From assembly GCA_947443745.1 (NCBI GenBank), contig CANEXL010000001.1, forward strand, positions 3,185 through 67,184: a stretch of 64,000 nt of DNA. The letters run 5' to 3'. Of this stretch, positions 62,096 through 64,000 are shown in pieces. The notes under the pieces are model-generated. The model did not search any database. It saw only the letters and a program-made list of their open reading frames with translations, and was not told the DNA's origin. The stretch's first letter is position 1, and each line of letters starts with the position of its first letter. Both the position numbers and the translations under genes were made by a program. This DNA comes from Microbacteriaceae bacterium (lineage in GTDB: Bacteria; Actinomycetota; Actinomycetes; Actinomycetales; Microbacteriaceae).

Positions 62096-62329
62096 ATGCG
62101 TCAGAAAATGAAAATCTCCGGCCCCCAATCCCTGGGGCGATTAGTGCAGCAATCCCGCTTGGCTGCAGGGCTCACTCAAGTAGAGCTCGCCCAAGAACTC
62201 GGGATTTCTCAGCGGGCAATCACCGACATTGAGACCGGTAAAGCAACGATTCAGGTTCGTCGACTGTTCGACCTGCTCAAGATGACCGGGGCCAGCCTCG
62301 GAGGAGAATGGGACACGGCCGATGAGTGA
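62096..62329 (+). CDS. hipB: HipB-like XRE antitoxin
   Basis: R...GLTQ.ELA..LGIS...I..IE.GK; overlaps the hipA start; start is 62096 or 62108. Confidence 0.85.
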   Translation: MRQKMKISGPQSLGRLVQQSRLAAGLTQVELAQELGISQRAITDIETGKATIQVRRLFDLLKMTGASLGGEWDTADE

Positions 62330-63557
62330 ACTCGCTGTCGAACTTTATGGCCAGCGGATTGGCGTTTTATCCGGAGACAATTTCCGCTCATTTGACATCA
62401 CGTTTGATCCCTCGGCCGTCGCGCACTTCGGCTCAAGCAGCCAAGTGATGTCGATGGCGGTGCCCCTAGACCCGACTCGAAATCGAGGCCACGCGAGCCG
62501 TCGACGCAACTTCTTCGCCGGGCTATTGCCCGAGGGAACCCAACTCGAGAGCATGGCACGAAACGCGCAGCTCAGTCAGTTCGACACCTTGGGCCTGTTG
62601 GCCCGCTACGGTCGCGACGTCGCGGGAGCAATTCAGATCTGGGACATCAACGACCCGAGTGAACCGCGCACTCCCCGACGCGAAGCCGTCACGGACGCAA
62701 TCGTTAGTGACATGCTCCGTGACCTATCGGGCCAACCGCTGGGAAACGCGAAGCGCGGCGGAAAAACGTCCCTGCCCGGAGTGCAACCAAAAATCGTTCT
62801 TGCGCGCAGCGTCAACGGTTGGGCACGCGTGGTCGACGGTTACCCATCCACTCACATTCTCAAACCCGTTGTCGAAAAGTATCCCACCATGATTTTCGAC
62901 GAAGAATACGGGTCACGATTCGCACGTGAACTTGGCCTCGCTCACTTCAGCACGCAACTCGAGAAGTTCGGATCGACCGACGCTCTTGTGATTGAGCGTT
63001 ACGACCGTGACGCCAATCACCCCAGCGGCCGCACCCACCAAGAGGATCTCGCACAGGCGCTCGGTGTTCCCACCATTGAAAAGTACGAGAAGTACGGCGC
63101 GGTCACGTTGAAGCGCATCAGTCGCCTTCTTGACGATACCGACGGGGTGAACGCCCGGCGCACTCTCGTCAAGATGCTTACTCTCAGTGTGGCGGTGGGT
63201 AATTTGGACATGCATGCCAAGAACATCTCGTTGCTTCACAACGAGGACGGAACCGTAGGAATCGCGCCAATGTATGACGTGGTGCCTCAAGCGCACTACG
63301 ACACCGACGGTGAGTTTGCCTTTAGCGTGAACGGAGTTCTCAGCCACGCTGGGTTCACCCGAGCGGACCTGGTGGCAGAAGTCGCGACGTGGGGTGTCGG
63401 TCGCGCTGAAGATCTGATTAATGAAACGTTGGAGATAATCCGAGCGCTGGCGTACGTGGAGACCCCGCACGCATTTGCTGAACCGAGACTTCAGGATGAC
63501 GTTTTACGATTCACCCAGAATCTTCTCGAGGGCCGCGCTGCTGGAGCGTCACAGTAA
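62322..63557 (+). CDS. hipA: HipA family Ser/Thr kinase toxin
   Basis: FFAGLLPEG, SLPGVQPK, HILKP, ERYDR, HQED, GNLDMHAKNIS, APMYDV. Confidence 0.92.
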   Translation: MSELAVELYGQRIGVLSGDNFRSFDITFDPSAVAHFGSSSQVMSMAVPLDPTRNRGHASRRRNFFAGLLPEGTQLESMARNAQLSQFDTLGLLARYGRDVAGAIQIWDINDPSEPRTPRREAVTDAIVSDMLRDLSGQPLGNAKRGGKTSLPGVQPKIVLARSVNGWARVVDGYPSTHILKPVVEKYPTMIFDEEYGSRFARELGLAHFSTQLEKFGSTDALVIERYDRDANHPSGRTHQEDLAQALGVPTIEKYEKYGAVTLKRISRLLDDTDGVNARRTLVKMLTLSVAVGNLDMHAKNISLLHNEDGTVGIAPMYDVVPQAHYDTDGEFAFSVNGVLSHAGFTRADLVAEVATWGVGRAEDLINETLEIIRALAYVETPHAFAEPRLQDDVLRFTQNLLEGRAAGASQ

Positions 63558-63663
63558 ATAAAAAACCTCTCATGGCCCCGAACGGAGGTCGGCGTGCGAG
63601 AGTGGAAGGGCCAGCGTTGCCCAGATAGGGCGTTGCACGTTCTACGGAAAGGCATCCGACCTC

Positions 63664-64000
63664 ATGACACACGCCCCCCGGCTTCGAGCCATCGTCGCCA
63701 TCGTTGCTCTGATTCTCCCCTTTGTCGCCATCCTGATGTCGTGGATGCTGTGGAGCCAGCAACTACCTCCCGAGCTTGCGTCGCACTGGTCGGGAACGGG
63801 CGCGGCCGACGGGTTTCTGCCCACCACCGGGGTGTTGATCGGGGCTCTCATTGCGACCGCCGTCACCGCCGTGGGGGGAATTCTTGCGTGCTTCGTGGGG
63901 AATCTCAGCGCCAACGCCCGGCGCAATACTGTCTTTCTGCTCGGCCTGATCGGTGGGGTGGGCATGGCCGCGTGGCTCATTCCTGTTCCGCTGACGATTC
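63664..64000 (+). CDS. DUF1648 membrane protein, 3' truncated by window edge
   Basis: Hand translation: TM then LPPELASHWSGTGAADGF; frame open to the window end. Confidence 0.75.
   Translation, partial: MTHAPRLRAIVAIVALILPFVAILMSWMLWSQQLPPELASHWSGTGAADGFLPTTGVLIGALIATAVTAVGGILACFVGNLSANARRNTVFLLGLIGGVGMAAWLIPVPLTI

Noticed and set aside
52574-64000. Prophage or ICE integrated at tRNA-Leu
   Set aside because: No integrase, structural or conjugation genes and no duplicated tRNA 3' end seen; the excisionase-like gene fits a toxin-antitoxin pair

Overview
This is the replication-origin region of a high-GC actinobacterial chromosome. Gene order and protein style suggest Microbacteriaceae (inference). 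From about 1 to 45.4 kb the window is conserved core: purB (3' part), dnaB, rpsF-ssb-rpsR-rplI, cca, murJ, trxBA, an aminotransferase/ddl-like pair, parAB-rsmG-jag-yidC-yidD-rnpA-rpmH, dnaA-oriC-dnaN-recF-dciA-gyrB-gyrA, tRNA-Ile and tRNA-Ala, ppiA, rhomboid, crgA, sortase, pabA, and the pknB-pknA-pbpA-rodA-pstP-fhaB-fhaA cluster. Three parS sites and four DnaA-box clusters are visible, two of the clusters lying outside oriC. The most interesting element is an accessory locus at 45.5-52.4 kb between fhaA and tRNA-Leu(CAG). It has an OmpR-type two-component system divergent from three paralogous secreted, disordered, acidic proteins, each with its own identically spaced TCTTGGA direct-repeat promoter. 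These are followed by a Pro/Ala-rich exported protein, an ApbE flavin transferase with no obvious signal peptide, and a heme-b ferric-reductase-like membrane domain fused to an FNR/2Fe-2S reductase. Two of the disordered proteins share APV[D/N]GTTGGSGA, a close variant of the ApbE flavinylation motif, without any FMN-binding domain, so this is a candidate undescribed extracellular electron-transfer system. Downstream of tRNA-Leu is accessory DNA: a decayed HTH/PIN toxin-antitoxin pair, an SDR plus ERG4/ERG24 sterol-reductase-like gene divergent from an MMPL transporter, a repeat-containing surface protein, a SigH-type AhpD-like gene, and hipBA with a triple operator. All calls come from reading motifs; no searches were run.
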